A stretch of DNA of 64,000 nucleotides from Cirrosporium novae-zelandiae (lineage: Eukaryota), in contig JAPETS010000023.1 in the NCBI GenBank assembly GCA_026023565.1, positions 248,001 through 312,000 on the forward strand, given 5' to 3'. Positions within the stretch are counted from its first letter, which is position 1, and the number at the start of each line of letters is the position of its first letter. Shown in pieces: positions 1-12,214 of the stretch. A program made the position numbers and the translations under genes. The notes under the pieces are model-generated. The model saw nothing but the letters and a program-made list of their open reading frames with translations, did no database searches and was not told the origin of the DNA.

Positions 1-432
1 TACTAGTATAACGTGCGTACGCCCATATATAAATAAAAAAACAAGTCCTCAAAATCAATCCCAAGAAGTTTAACTTTCGCTCGACAAATCATTAATAATA
101 AAAGAACAATTCGGTGGTCATCAGAAAAGCCTCCCCAACCATCCTTTCATCCATTCATCCTGTCTGGCAATAGCACGGACAACCACCCGTACATAAACCA
201 AAAATAAAAATAAAAATACCACCCAGTATTTGAAACAAACGGCAACGAAAAGCTGTAAGTAGATGTGAATCCCTATCGTAATTGTTCGCAAGAGATCTTC
301 GCATTTTTTATTATGCGCAAATCTCGTATCCAACGAACAAACCTGAGAGAACCTCCTATCCCCTTGAGCATCGTATTTAGGTGTTATTGAATGATTAATT
401 TTAGATGCATGCATCATCAGTAAATATCCTTC

Positions 433-2855
433 TCAGATAATTTCTCCGTCGCCCTCTTCAACACCTTCCCCCTCTTCCTCATCCCAATCAACATCTTTGG
501 CTGCCTCTTCTGCCCTCCTCTGCACTTCTGCGAGCCCGCTCAATTCCTCTACATATCCCGGCTCATTTAATGCTTTCTGTACGAATTCCCATGGATCTGC
601 CTCGTAAGCTTCAATCACCTTATCACTGCATGCGGAACAGCAATCATAGCTCCGACCTCGGATGACCATATTTTGGAAGGTCGAGAGGAAGCCGCGGATT
701 TGGTGAGGAACGAGGCCAAGCGGGTGGGTTGGAGGAGAGCGTTCAGAGCTTTGAGAAGTGGGTGCGGGTGCTAAGCCGCCGAGTGGATGTTGGAGAACAG
801 AGACGAGGAGCTCGACAAGAAGGGCAGAGGCAATGCCGGCAATACCGGGGCGGGTGACCGTACATTGCTGGTCGAGAGTCTGGTCTTTGATGGACTGGAG
901 AGTAGTTAGCCTATTGGCGCTGTAGCTGAAATGGGAGCAAGGGGAAATACTTACGTCTGCTGGTGCTACAACGTCATTGCAAAAGTAGCAGCCAAGTTCC
1001 TCGTCGCGATTTGATGAAAAACGTTGACCATGTCGCATAACAACATACGTATCAAAGCCCAAGGCAGCATTCATGATTAATTTACCAGCCGATTTTCCCA
1101 TTACAGTAGGTAGCCATCGAGATTCTCGAGTGTCCATGAGTAATATAATAACATCATGAGATTCAATTAGGCTCTTCAATGTCTCGAATTCTTCTTGGGT
1201 CTTTGCGGCGTCCGTAATTGGATGACCAGCCATGGGTACAGACATGACATGACCCTCAGAATCAACACTAGGGAAAATTTCAGTAAGAGCTTCAGCAGCC
1301 CGATACGCTTTTTTAGCTCCTCCCTCAAGACAGTCTTTGAAATCGAACAAAGGCTGCCTGACAGGATTTGAATAGGACACGGTCGCGTTGTCGACAAAGG
1401 TAATCTTTCTTACTCCCCAAGCCTAATTTAAATATAAGGATATTGCCAATTACAGAGTGCGATATTAAAGCTTACAAGAAGATTCCTGGCAACATAGCTG
1501 CCCAAAGTACCAGCACCGAGCAGCAGACATTTAGTGTTCTTAATTTTCTCTAAATCAAGATCCGGAGCAATACGCCACTTCATCAATTTGAGATTTAAAT
1601 CTGCAGATTGATCGGCGAGTCTATGGTTTATTTAGTACAGTGCATCAGATAAAAGCGTGGGACCTACCGCTGAGGATCCATATATTCTGTCAGATCGGCC
1701 AATTTTCCAGCCAGTTTGCCAGCGGGATTACGTTCCCATCCTGTAACCTTAGGCATCGGTGGTAGCGTCTGGGATTGGTCTTCGGGCGTTTCTTTAGACT
1801 CCACTGGTCCAGATGACGTTAGATCAAGAATGATACTATTAGCATCGTCTCGTCGACTTGGGGTGTCTCTATAGCATAAAATTCGAACTCTGTCGAGCTT
1901 CCAGCGTTGACGAATAAGCACTAATAGATTTCTCAACATCCAACCTGGAGCATGTGCATATGTGGATGGATCCGCAAAACAGACAAAACAATCTTCTTGG
2001 TCAGTGTCTTTAAAGAATCCTGCTTCATAAGACCCAAGCCCAGTTACAGACCAAGAGAACTCCAGTTCTGAGCCTGGTGTTGTGGGGACCTGCGCATGGC
2101 CATGCCCTTCTCCACCCTCTGAATGTTTCAAGGTCTTCCTAATCTTCTTCGCAAGGAAAAAACCATGCTGTCTTGCATCGACCCCATATCGCCATGTCTG
2201 AACCGATTCCACCAACGCCGTTGTTTCATTGCTTGTGAGCTTTTTTGAGGCGTTTTCCTGGACTTCTTCGCTAATATCTGCAATGCCTTCCTCTTGAACA
2301 GGAACCCACGTTGGGTCGGAATGAAGGGCCGGAAATGCGAACCAGTAGGAAAATCGATATTTCTTGAGATTGGCGAAGGAGATGGCAACAAAGGATGAGA
2401 GTAGGGAGGGACAGGAATATATTGTACCATCATTTATAGCATCCCAAACCTAAGCTTTCTTAGTATTACTCAAGGATCAGGGAGATCTTGGAGTAGCTCA
2501 CCGTCCTGCCAGCCCTTTGCAAAACGGCTGCCTTATCAAGGTTCTTGTACTCTTCAATGGTGTTGACGTTCTTGATCATGCCTTCTGCGCGAAAAAACCC
2601 CATAGGGACTCTTGACTTATTATTAGTACTCTGTATTTCGCAAGGGTGTTATTCCTTATCGTACTCGTCGGAAGTTAAAGCATTTCCACGTATCTGCATG
2701 CGGCATGATGTCTCAGGGCGGTCGCCGGGTCGGATCTCGTAGAGGCCCAATAGCTTCCTAGCTGAATCATCGAGCTTATCGTGGTTTATTTTGAGAGACG
2801 CAAGAGAAGCATAAAAAGGAAGCTCTATATCAGAGGCAAATGGTGTAAACTGCAT
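433..2855 (-). CDS. ATG7: Ubiquitin-like modifier-activating (E1-like) enzyme Atg7, multi-exon
   Basis: Starts [30 protein letters not shown]; internal [84 protein letters not shown] (catalytic Cys). ORF pieces join through short GT-AG introns. Confidence 0.95.
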
Positions 2856-3645
2856 TCTGAATTCTGGAGGGGAATAGAGCATATAGACATGAAGAAGAAG
2901 GGATATATGGCGTTGGTAGTCTCTGGAGATATAAGATTTAACACCAACGTGAGTGGATGACAAAGACTATGATAAATGAAGAGGGTGAGAGGTCAGAGGT
3001 TAGGGGTCAGTTGCGGTTCTGAGGATTCTGAGGAAGAAGAACATGACTTAATTTCATCAGGCAGGAGGGGTATGATGACAGTGGATAAAGTAGTGGATAG
3101 TGGACAATGGGATCTGATCAAGGGACCTGGTAGTTTACCACTGTGGTGCACTGGCGGTAGATGCTTGATCGGGTCGGGGGGCTTTGAAGCCGAAGGGGTA
3201 GCCAAAGGAAATACCCAAAAGCGCCCAGATTACCGGTTGATGCCGCCTACTAGCGCCCGTGACCTTTGGGATCCCCACTACTCTACTCTAGAAGTAACTT
3301 TTTTCCTTTTCCTTTTCCTTTTTCCCTTTTTTCTCTTTTGCTTTCTTTGTCCTTTCTCCTTAGAGGCTAGCCAAAATCGATCCTCTACCCCTGTCATTGG
3401 TAACCCCCTTAATTAACATTATTGACGTTCTTGCGGTGGATCCCTGAATAGAAAGGAAATATATTTAGTTATGAGTTGTCCAGAGTAACTAGCTTCAGCT
3501 GGATATCTAATACATATTTCTATTCACATAATAACCACCCAGTGTTCTCTAGGAGTACTTATACTACTAATATAAAGTCTTCTCCTACTTCCATTTCCTC
3601 CTCATCCCCCATTTTCGGATTTTTCATTTCCTTCAATTGCTCAAC

Positions 3646-4932
3646 ATGCTTATTGGCGTCTGCGGAGGTATGTTTAAGCAACGACTTGGAATATTCTATG
3701 CTAATGCCTATCTCTTATAGCAATTTGCTCTGGTAAACATTCCATCTCAGAGTACTTGATTAAGAATCACAATTTTCAACCTGTCCATCTGGAGAGAAAT
3801 TCCAACAGAGCACTCGTCAAGCATGTCAAGCGATCCTCTACTATAGCCCCTCTAGTCTATATCAACGATTCCCTAGGCGAAGAAGCCTCTTTTCGACATG
3901 TGGATAGTTTGATAAGCTGGGTTACAACACGATGGCAGCAGCGCTGGGTTATAACGGATATCTGGGATGAGGCCATGTTGGAGCGTCTTTTGGCACTGCC
4001 CTTCTTCATCCTTGTCAGCGTGGAATCTCCCGTTAGCCTACGATGGAAACGATTCAAGCAACGGTATGTTTTTTTAACAGTCGTATTTGTATATGCAACT
4101 CATAGTTATCTAGTTGTGAAACGCTCCAGTTGGAAGCTCCCACTCTTGAGCAGTTCGTAATCCGAAATGATGAACACCTTTATGACCCCGAGATCGGTCT
4201 TGCTCGATTGATTGATCGAGCCGAGTTGCGTATTATTAATGCAGCGGAGTCGGTTAAAGATTTCGAAAAGTCATTAGACGATATAGACTTCACAAATGAA
4301 CAACGCATCCGACCAAGTTGGGACCAATACTTTATGGCACTCGCCTCCTTGGCAGCTCAGAGGAGCAATTGCATGAAAAGACGTGTCGGATGTGTAGTTG
4401 TTAGAGACAAGAGGGTCATTAGTACTGGATATAATGGAACGCCACGGAATGTCCGGAATTGTCTCGACGGCGGATGTAAGTTAAACACCATCCCGCCAGT
4501 GTCGTGCTACTGACAGAATAGGCCCGAGATGTAATGCAAATAATGGTTCAGGCGTAGCTTTAGCTACATGCTTGTGTATCCATGCGGAAGAGAATGCCTT
4601 GATTGAAGCTGGTAGGGAAAGGATTAGAGAAGGAGCAATTTTGTATTGCGACACGTAAGCAATTCCTATTTCGGTTTTTTGAAGGTGTACTTATTTCATG
4701 TAGATGTCCTTGCTTGACTTGTAGTATCAAGATCGTTCAAGTTGGTATTTCTGAAGTGGTTTATTCCCACGGCTACTACATGGACAAGGCAACCGCAGCA
4801 ATCTTTGAAGAGGCGGGCGTGAAGCTAAGACAGTTCTCACCTGTAAGATATTTCTTTCTTAGCTCAAAATGTTTATTCTCTCTAACAGTTGAATAGCCTC
4901 GGAAAGGCCTGGTTGATATAGGTATGCCCTAA
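3646..4932 (+). CDS. DCD1: dCMP deaminase with N-terminal P-loop-like domain, multi-exon
   Basis: MLIGVCG start at 3646; RPSWDQYFMALASLAAQRSNCMKRRVGCV, STGYNGTP, CLCIHAEENALIE and CPCLTCSIKI zinc-binding motifs; terminal exon ends TAA 4930-4932. Confidence 0.93.
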
Positions 4933-5243
4933 GAAGATTGTGCCTTGTAACCACAAACTTCCATAGTGGTAATTGAACACTTTAGCTACTATGGATGGCC
5001 TCCTAAAGTTTTATTTCCCTCTATAAGTATAGGTGTTTATCACATCCATAAAGACGAATTTCAATTTATCGAATTGTATCTAATAGAATGAAAAAATGGG
5101 AGGGTGGAACAAATGGAGTTTACTTACTGTGGTACAAAGTAGACAAGGTAGAAAAGGCTGAGGTCATAGGGCTATCGGCTTATCTTAGCGGCGGGAGCTT
5201 ATATTAGAGTCTATCTTAGTGAATTTTTAAAACATGGGACTTT

Positions 5244-5250
5244 TGAGTCA
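5244..5250 (+). promoter_or_regulatory. Gcn4/CpcA (cross-pathway control) element TGAGTCA upstream of HIS7
   Basis: Exact TGA(C/G)TCA about 100 nt upstream of the HIS7 ATG; amino-acid biosynthesis genes are established Gcn4/CpcA targets. Confidence 0.55.
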
Positions 5251-5347
5251 GACTTTGCGACCAAAATCGACAAACTGAAGATAATTTCTTGCGCAATGCT
5301 GTTGTTGAGATAGACAGTTCATAACTAAGGTCGCGATTTAGAACGAA

Positions 5348-7372
5348 ATGCAGGTTACTAGGACTGTTCACCTTCTCGATTATGTGGCGGGGAATGTCCG
5401 CTCCTTAGTCAATGCTATCGAAAAGATTGGATACAATGTGGAATGGATCCAGAGACCTGAAGATGTTGCTAATGCTGAGGTTTGTTCTTCTCAATCTTTC
5501 AAGACCGACATCCTGTGAAATATTTTGCGCCATTCCTGTCCTTGGTTCAATTTACTGTACAAAATTAGACTGAAATCATTCCTACTCCAGAAATTAATCC
5601 TTCCCGGCGTCGGTCATTACGGACATTGTCTAAGACAAATCATAGATGCCGGATATTTCGCCCCCATCATGAAGCATATAGCTGAGGGTAAACCATTTAT
5701 GGGGATTTGTGTTGGACTACAAGCTCTATTTGAAGGTTCAGAAGAAGACCCAGACGTCAATGGATTTGGTCTGGTCCCTACAAAACTCAAGAGGTTTGAT
5801 GATAGCGACAAAAGCGTGCCACATATTGGATGGAACTCTGCCCTCGTACAAGGTGAAGACTATACGGACCAATCCTTCTGGGGATTGCGTCGCTTAAGCA
5901 AATACTACTACGTTCATTCTTATGCCGCTCCTTACACAGATGAGACAAAGATGGTACTCGAGAGCCAAGGCTGGACCGTCGCGACCGCGAAATATGGAAA
6001 CGAAATGTTCATTGGCGCAATTGGAAGGGATAACATCTTTGCGACACAATTTCATCCTGAAAAGAGTGGCAGGTCGGGATTAGAGGTTCTCCGCGCTTTT
6101 CTATCTGGCGTAAAAACGGAAGAGCTTGTTCGACTTAGCCCAGACCCTATACGAAACGGGTTAACTCGAAGAGTGATAGCTTGTATGGATGTTCGTACAA
6201 ACGATAACGGTGATTTGGTTGTTACGAAAGGTGACCAATACGATGTTCGCGAGAAAAGCAGTCTCGACACGGCAGGCCAAGTTCGAAATCTGGGAAAGCC
6301 GGTTGAATTAGCAGAAAGATATTATAGACAGGGTGCAGATGAGATTACTTTCTTGAACATTACCTCCTTTCGAAACACGCCAATTAACGACCAACCTATG
6401 CTCGAAGTTCTAAGACAAACATCCAAACAAGTTTTCGTCCCTCTCACAATTGGCGGTGGCATAAAAGAGGCTCTGGATAGTGAGGGAAGAAAAGTCTCCG
6501 CCGCAGAAGTGGCAAAGCTCTACTTTCATTCCGGAGCAGACAAAGTAAGCATCGGATCTGACGCTGTTATCGCTGCCGAAGAATACTACGCTTCAGGCAA
6601 AAAGCTCTCTGGTAAAACAGCAATCGAAGACATCGCCAAGGCATATGGGAATCAAGCTGTTGTTGTCAGCATTGATCCAAAGAGGGTCTATGTCAAGGAA
6701 CCTAAGGAAACCACCCATCATTGCATTCATACCATTACTCTAGGACCAAACGGGGAACAATACTGCTGGTACCAATGCACTATCAAGGGTGGGCGCGAAT
6801 CACGAGATTTAGATGTGCGACAACTAGTAGCTGCGGTTGAGGCTATGGGGGCGGGAGAAATCATGTTGAATTGCATTGATAAAGATGGTACTAACAGTGG
6901 CTACGATATCGAGCTCATCAGGGATGTCAAGGAGGTATGCAAAATACCAGTGATAGCCTCTAGTGGTGCCGGCAGTCCAGATCATTTCGAGGAAGTATTT
7001 GACGAAACCTCTGTTGACGCTGCTCTTGGTGCTGGAATTGTAAGTTATCTTTCTTATATCTATCAAAAGTGCCCCTCAAATGAAGCTCAAAGCTTTTTCT
7101 ATACTACACGAAGGCCTCTCCAGCGTGTTCTACGTCCGAATAGAATATAGAAGAGGGTCAACGCATGTTTATTCTCGTAGCAGACTGGAAAGACCATGGG
7201 CTATAATACACTAACTCGAAGCTATCCGAGAATTTTTTATGCACCTGACCATCGGTCGAATACGGTTCCACGGCTAATAATTCTCTAGTTCCATCGCGGC
7301 GAATATACTGTCAAACAGGTCAAGGAGCACTTGAAGAAGAAAGGATATTTGGTGCGATGGGAATACATATAG
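5348..7372 (+). CDS. HIS7: Imidazole glycerol phosphate synthase HisHF (glutamine amidotransferase + cyclase); exons ~5348-5479, 5591-7039, 7289-7372
   Basis: [67 protein letters not shown]; last exon [19 protein letters not shown]. Confidence 0.96.
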
Positions 7373-8459
7373 CTTGGAACGAGTCAGAATTGTCCTTTCA
7401 GTTACCAATAAGAATCCTGAATGGCCTCCCGGTATTTCAGTGTAAGTGCAGTCACGCGAGCTACCATCAAGAGAACCGAAGGTCATCGATGGGAAATGAC
7501 CATTCCAACAAAGAAAACTTGCTTCTAGCACTATAACTAGGTCAATAGAACTTCTACAAGCAACTAATTTATGAACCACCAAATTATCTTACAAAGTATT
7601 TACAATAGACTAGATAGTAATTAGATAAATTAAACTGAGGTCAAGTCTTAAACCCTCGGGCATTGGAGCAGTCACTGCTCAGGATTGCAACCGTTTGTAA
7701 GCAGCACGTGATTGATACTTTCGCCTACATTCTTTATCTTGGCTGCTTTCCTCACCTTCTTCTTGTAACATCGCCATCACTTTCATCGACCCCCTTCTTT
7801 ACTAATCGACTCTAACATCAAAGAGTCAATAACATAAAAGCGCTTGCTTGCTTGATTTATCATATTCATCTTTCGTTACCACTTTCCACCTCTTCTCGCT
7901 ATTAACTGTTACCTCTCCCAATTGGCATCTTCCCCTTGCCACTCAACCAACGTATACCTTACGCATCATACCGGCCTTTAGGGACTGTTAACATTCTCGC
8001 GGGATTCTCTAAGGAAGAAAAGGGCGTTGATATAGCTGGATTTGGAATATAGTTGATTGTGGGCAGCAATTTGTTGGTCCAAGTTGGGAGAATTTTAGGA
8101 TTTTCAACACCCCAGCCTCCTGTATTGCCTAGGACTCACAAAGTCCACCAACCTGTATTCATACTCGATCACTGTATTGAAGTGATATCCCAACTGTTTT
8201 TTCTTTTGATCAAAGATCACTTTTGAATGAAGAATACGATTTCTTTTTGTCAAGCTTAGGGTGATCCGACTATTCCGGCTAGCAGTCTTAATCCAGACTC
8301 TACTAACTTCCTTTCGAATCGAATCTCATCACCACCAAGAGTTAACCCAACTCCAATAGAATTGAAACATCGGGCTATCTACAAGTCAGAATTGTTTAGG
8401 TGAATAAAGGTGATTTACAAGTGTTCAACTTGACTCACGTCAACACATAATCCTACGCA

Positions 8460-10541
8460 ATGTCTTCTTCTGTTTTCTTCAAGTTCAAATCCCAGAGAGA
8501 ACCAGCTCGGGTGGTATTTGATGGTACCGGTATCTCAGTTTTTGAATTGAAAAAGGAAATCATTCGCCTCAACCGACTCGGTGATGGTCTAGACTTTGAT
8601 CTCTCCATTTATAGTGAGGACAACGAAGGTATGTCTCATAGCGGTCGCCTGCCTTATACTTTAGCTAACTTTGGATATTTAGAATATGACGACGATACTA
8701 CGATTATCCCTCGCGGTACTTCCATCATCGCCCGCAGACTTCCAGCATCTCGGCCTGGTCAAGGGAAAGCCGCCCGTTATGTCTCTGGCAAAGCACCTGT
8801 CAATGCTCGTAGCGCACCAAGATCTGAACCAACTTCCAAGTCAGTTGCTCCTGGGTCAAGTACTGCAACAGCGCAGTCAACTCCCGATATGAATGCATCT
8901 GAGGAGGATCGAATAAATGCAATGTTCAAACAACAAACAAATTCTTGGGAACAACAGCAGGCAGAAATGGCACAGTATGTTTTTCTCTCTGTACAAATAG
9001 TATTGTTTGCAAATATATATCTATGTAGTAGTTCTATGTTTATTTGGTTTCACAATGAAAGCTTTGGCCATGTGTATCCCTTTTACAATTAACTTGTCAT
9101 CGTACAGATACTAATTACTTGTCAATAGTGCAACTCCAGTATATCGCGGAAACTATAAGGGAAAACCTGCAAACGTCCCAGATCATCCGCCCCCCACAGG
9201 CTATGTCTGCTATCGATGCGGTGAAAAAGGTATGTAAACCACAGCATCACTTAGGTATAGCAAGCACTAATGATATTTTTAGGTCACTGGATTCAAGCTT
9301 GCCCAACGAATGGTGACCCTAATATGGAGAACCGTCCTCGAATCAAGAGAACAACTGGGATTCCTCGCTCATTCTTGAAGACGGTAGAGAAGCCGGTGTT
9401 GAATGGCGATGGTGCCGACAATACTAAACCCTCAAAAGGAGTGATGGTTAATGCAGCAGGAGAGTGGGTCATCGCTGAACCGGATAAGGCTTCTTGGGAA
9501 CAATTCCAAGCCAAAACAAAGGCATCTGCTGCTGCTCAGGCGGCAGCTGAATCAGGAAATAAGGAACTTCGAGATAGGGGTTTAGAATGTTCAATTGACA
9601 AACGTATGTTTGTAGAACCAGTCAAGACTCCTTGCTGCAGCAAGACTTATTGCAATGATTGCATTACCAATGCTCTTATCGAAAGTGATCTTGTTTGCCC
9701 TAATTGTTCTACTGAGGGTGTTCTTATTGACAATCTTGTCCATGACGATGAAATGATCGCCAATATTAAAGTGTATCAAGATGAAAAGGCAGAAGCTAAA
9801 CAGAAAGAGAAGTCTAAAACCCCAGAACCTAAGAAGGAAGAAACGCCTGCACAGGATTCCAAAGACAATGAGAAATATTCCAAAAGTCCCTCGAGTAAGT
9901 CTACAACGACTTCATCGCCGAAATCTCCAGGTAGTGGAACATCGAAGAAACGACAAGCTGAAGATGAAGCTGTGAAAGTTGAAGCACCGGCAATGAAGAA
10001 GCAACGGTCTCAAGAAAGTCAACCAGCAGCCGCTACAGCAAATGGATTCAATCCTGCAATATTCAATCCAATGACTGGGTTTCCAGGTAACATGCCTTTT
10101 AATCCTCCAATGTTTGGTAATTTTCTTTCTCAACAAGGTATGAATGGTATGAACTTTTCTTCCATGGGCATGCCACCTATGCCCTCGATGATGGGCATGA
10201 ATCCTGCCATGATGAATCCAATGATGGCACCGAACATGATGGGTGGAAATAATTGGGGTGGCATGGGTGGAATGAATTTTCCTCCTCAACAAAATGGCAT
10301 GTTTAATTCAGGAATGATGCCAAATATCCCAGTGGCGTTGGGGATGAATGGGCATGCTAATGGGAATATGCCACAAGTACAATCCCATGGCGGGAACTTC
10401 CCAAATCAACAACGAACAGTCTTCAGTGATCCTTTCCCCAAGCGGGAGGAGGATAACGCTTACTTCCGACAGCCTGTAAATCCTCATCGACACCAAAATC
10501 GACAGAAGAGAGTTCGTCCAAGTGACTATAGAGAACTGTAA
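8460..10541 (+). CDS. MPE1: Cleavage/polyadenylation factor Mpe1 (RBBP6 homologue): DWNN, zinc knuckle, RING; introns 8629-8682, 8975-9128, ~9230-9282
   Basis: MSSSVFFKFKSQ..FDGTGISVFELKKEII (DWNN); PPTGYVCYRCGEKGHWIQACP (CCHC knuckle); RIKRTTGIPRSFL; CSIDKRMF..TPCCSKTYC..C..C RING; Met/Gly/Asn-rich tail ending RQKRVRPSDYREL. Confidence 0.93.
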
Positions 10542-11285
10542 AAACAAGAATTGGTTGTCTATTTCAGTAGCAAGGGATGGCGTTCGGGGGTTATTAGTGG
10601 ACCTACGCGACGGGTGTTCGCCACAGGACACTTATCTTGACTTTATGGCTTGGCGTTGGAGGATAGCTTTCAGCATAGCGCACTGGTGTATATAGCCTAT
10701 GCCATGAATAAGGATTGGGCCTTTAGGAGGATGAAAAAACGGGATATTTGGCGTTCAAGGAAGGGGAAAAAGTTAAAGACCAAGCACTGGTGCTGGTCAA
10801 GAGGATACCATGGATTACAGAGGCGAATGTAGCTACGCACGCCTGTGGATAGGAAGAGACAACAGATAGCATGAAATATATATGCATGGTTCAATTATTT
10901 ATATGGTACAGTAGTTGCACGTTAGTAGAGAGTGAATTATTAGACAATAATATCCCTATAGCTAGGAGGAGAAGCGGGCCCAGGGTCCAAACAAAGCACA
11001 GTAAGTTCTGATTGTTTGTTCTAGAAATTGCCGACCGCCTCTCACAGACACTCACTTTATTTATTCTCCTTCAAACCTCATCCACACACACAAATCTCCA
11101 AGTTTCATCAAGTTCATCAAAATTGTCTTCAACTACCCTCCAGCTCATCTCGAATTCTCAATAGGATTCCTCCTATTTGCTTGAACGGTCTGCTAAAAGT
11201 CGATAATTCCCTCAATACCCTCTTGCCAAACCCCGCTCCAGCCCAAGCCGAATTTACCAATCAGTAACCGTGGCATACAAAGATT

Positions 11286-12214
11286 ATGGCGAAACCAACC
11301 ATTACAATGGAAAATCATAATAGTAGAAGTAGAGCTCGCAAGGTCGCCGTGGATACCCGTCCTAGGTTCCTAGCGAGCTGCTACTCTGTCAATACCGCCA
11401 CTACCGCACTCACCGGTTTCCACTACTCTTCAACGGGGGCTCGCGGTAAGTTTCCTTGATGCATTCTGATATATACACCATGTTCCTTCAAAAAAATTCC
11501 CAGATGCTGATTTTCTCAACAGGGGCTCAGTGGTATCCCTGAGGTCCGCTCAGGGATACCATCACCACCGGCCAGTCCCCCCCTCGCCGCCTATGCCACC
11601 AAGCAGGAGCTTTTCAATCCCAATAAGAGTCCTGAGGCGCGCAGAGGGGGGGCAACGTATACCATTACGGATGAGTGTGAGAGGCTCTTCTGTGAGAAAC
11701 TGAGAGCTGTTTTCCTTGGTGAGAGGATACAGACTAATCAGGACTCGCTTGTGATGGATACGAAATACAATAAGGGATATAGAAAACACGATCTTGCAGT
11801 CCGATCAGCTCCATTCATTACTGAATTTATCGAAGTTTGGGACTATATTGGTGGCGCTAGGTTTAGGGGATTTACCGCGGATGGGCCTCGAGGGAGAGCA
11901 TTGTTCGTCTTCCTTGATCAAGGTGCCATCGGTAGTGATCTCAAGTCTGGGTATGTTTTTTATTTTTCTTTAGTTTTGCGATTCTTGCTGATCACGAATT
12001 TAGCTTAATGGCACTTATCGAACTTGCAAGTTCATCCCATTTCGATTGCACAAGTTTAGTCGCTTGCCTCGACCGTAAATCCGAGGGCAATGAGCTGAAA
12101 GACCTGATAAGGAATTTCAAATGGATCGGGTTCGAATTGGCTACATTGGATCGATGGACAAAGGTGAAGAACGTTACCAGCAGCAAGTGGCTATTCATGG
12201 AGATGGAAGTCTAG
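11286..12214 (+). CDS. OAZ1: Ornithine decarboxylase antizyme, expressed by +1 programmed frameshift; introns 11446-11522 and 11951-12003
   Basis: ORF1 (..LASCYSV..GFHYSSTGARG|AQWYP*) ends TGG TAT CCC TGA at 11531-11542. The +1 frame continues EVRSGIPSPPASPPL..ECERLFCEKLRAVFLGE..EVWDYIGGARFRGF..DLKSGLMALIELA..WIGFEL..SKWLFMEMEV*, the fungal antizyme pattern. Confidence 0.93.

Noticed and set aside
2976..3416. 146-aa ORF between ATG7 and DCD1
   Set aside because: Lies in the divergent promoter; the Phe/Leu run comes from a pyrimidine tract; no family motif.
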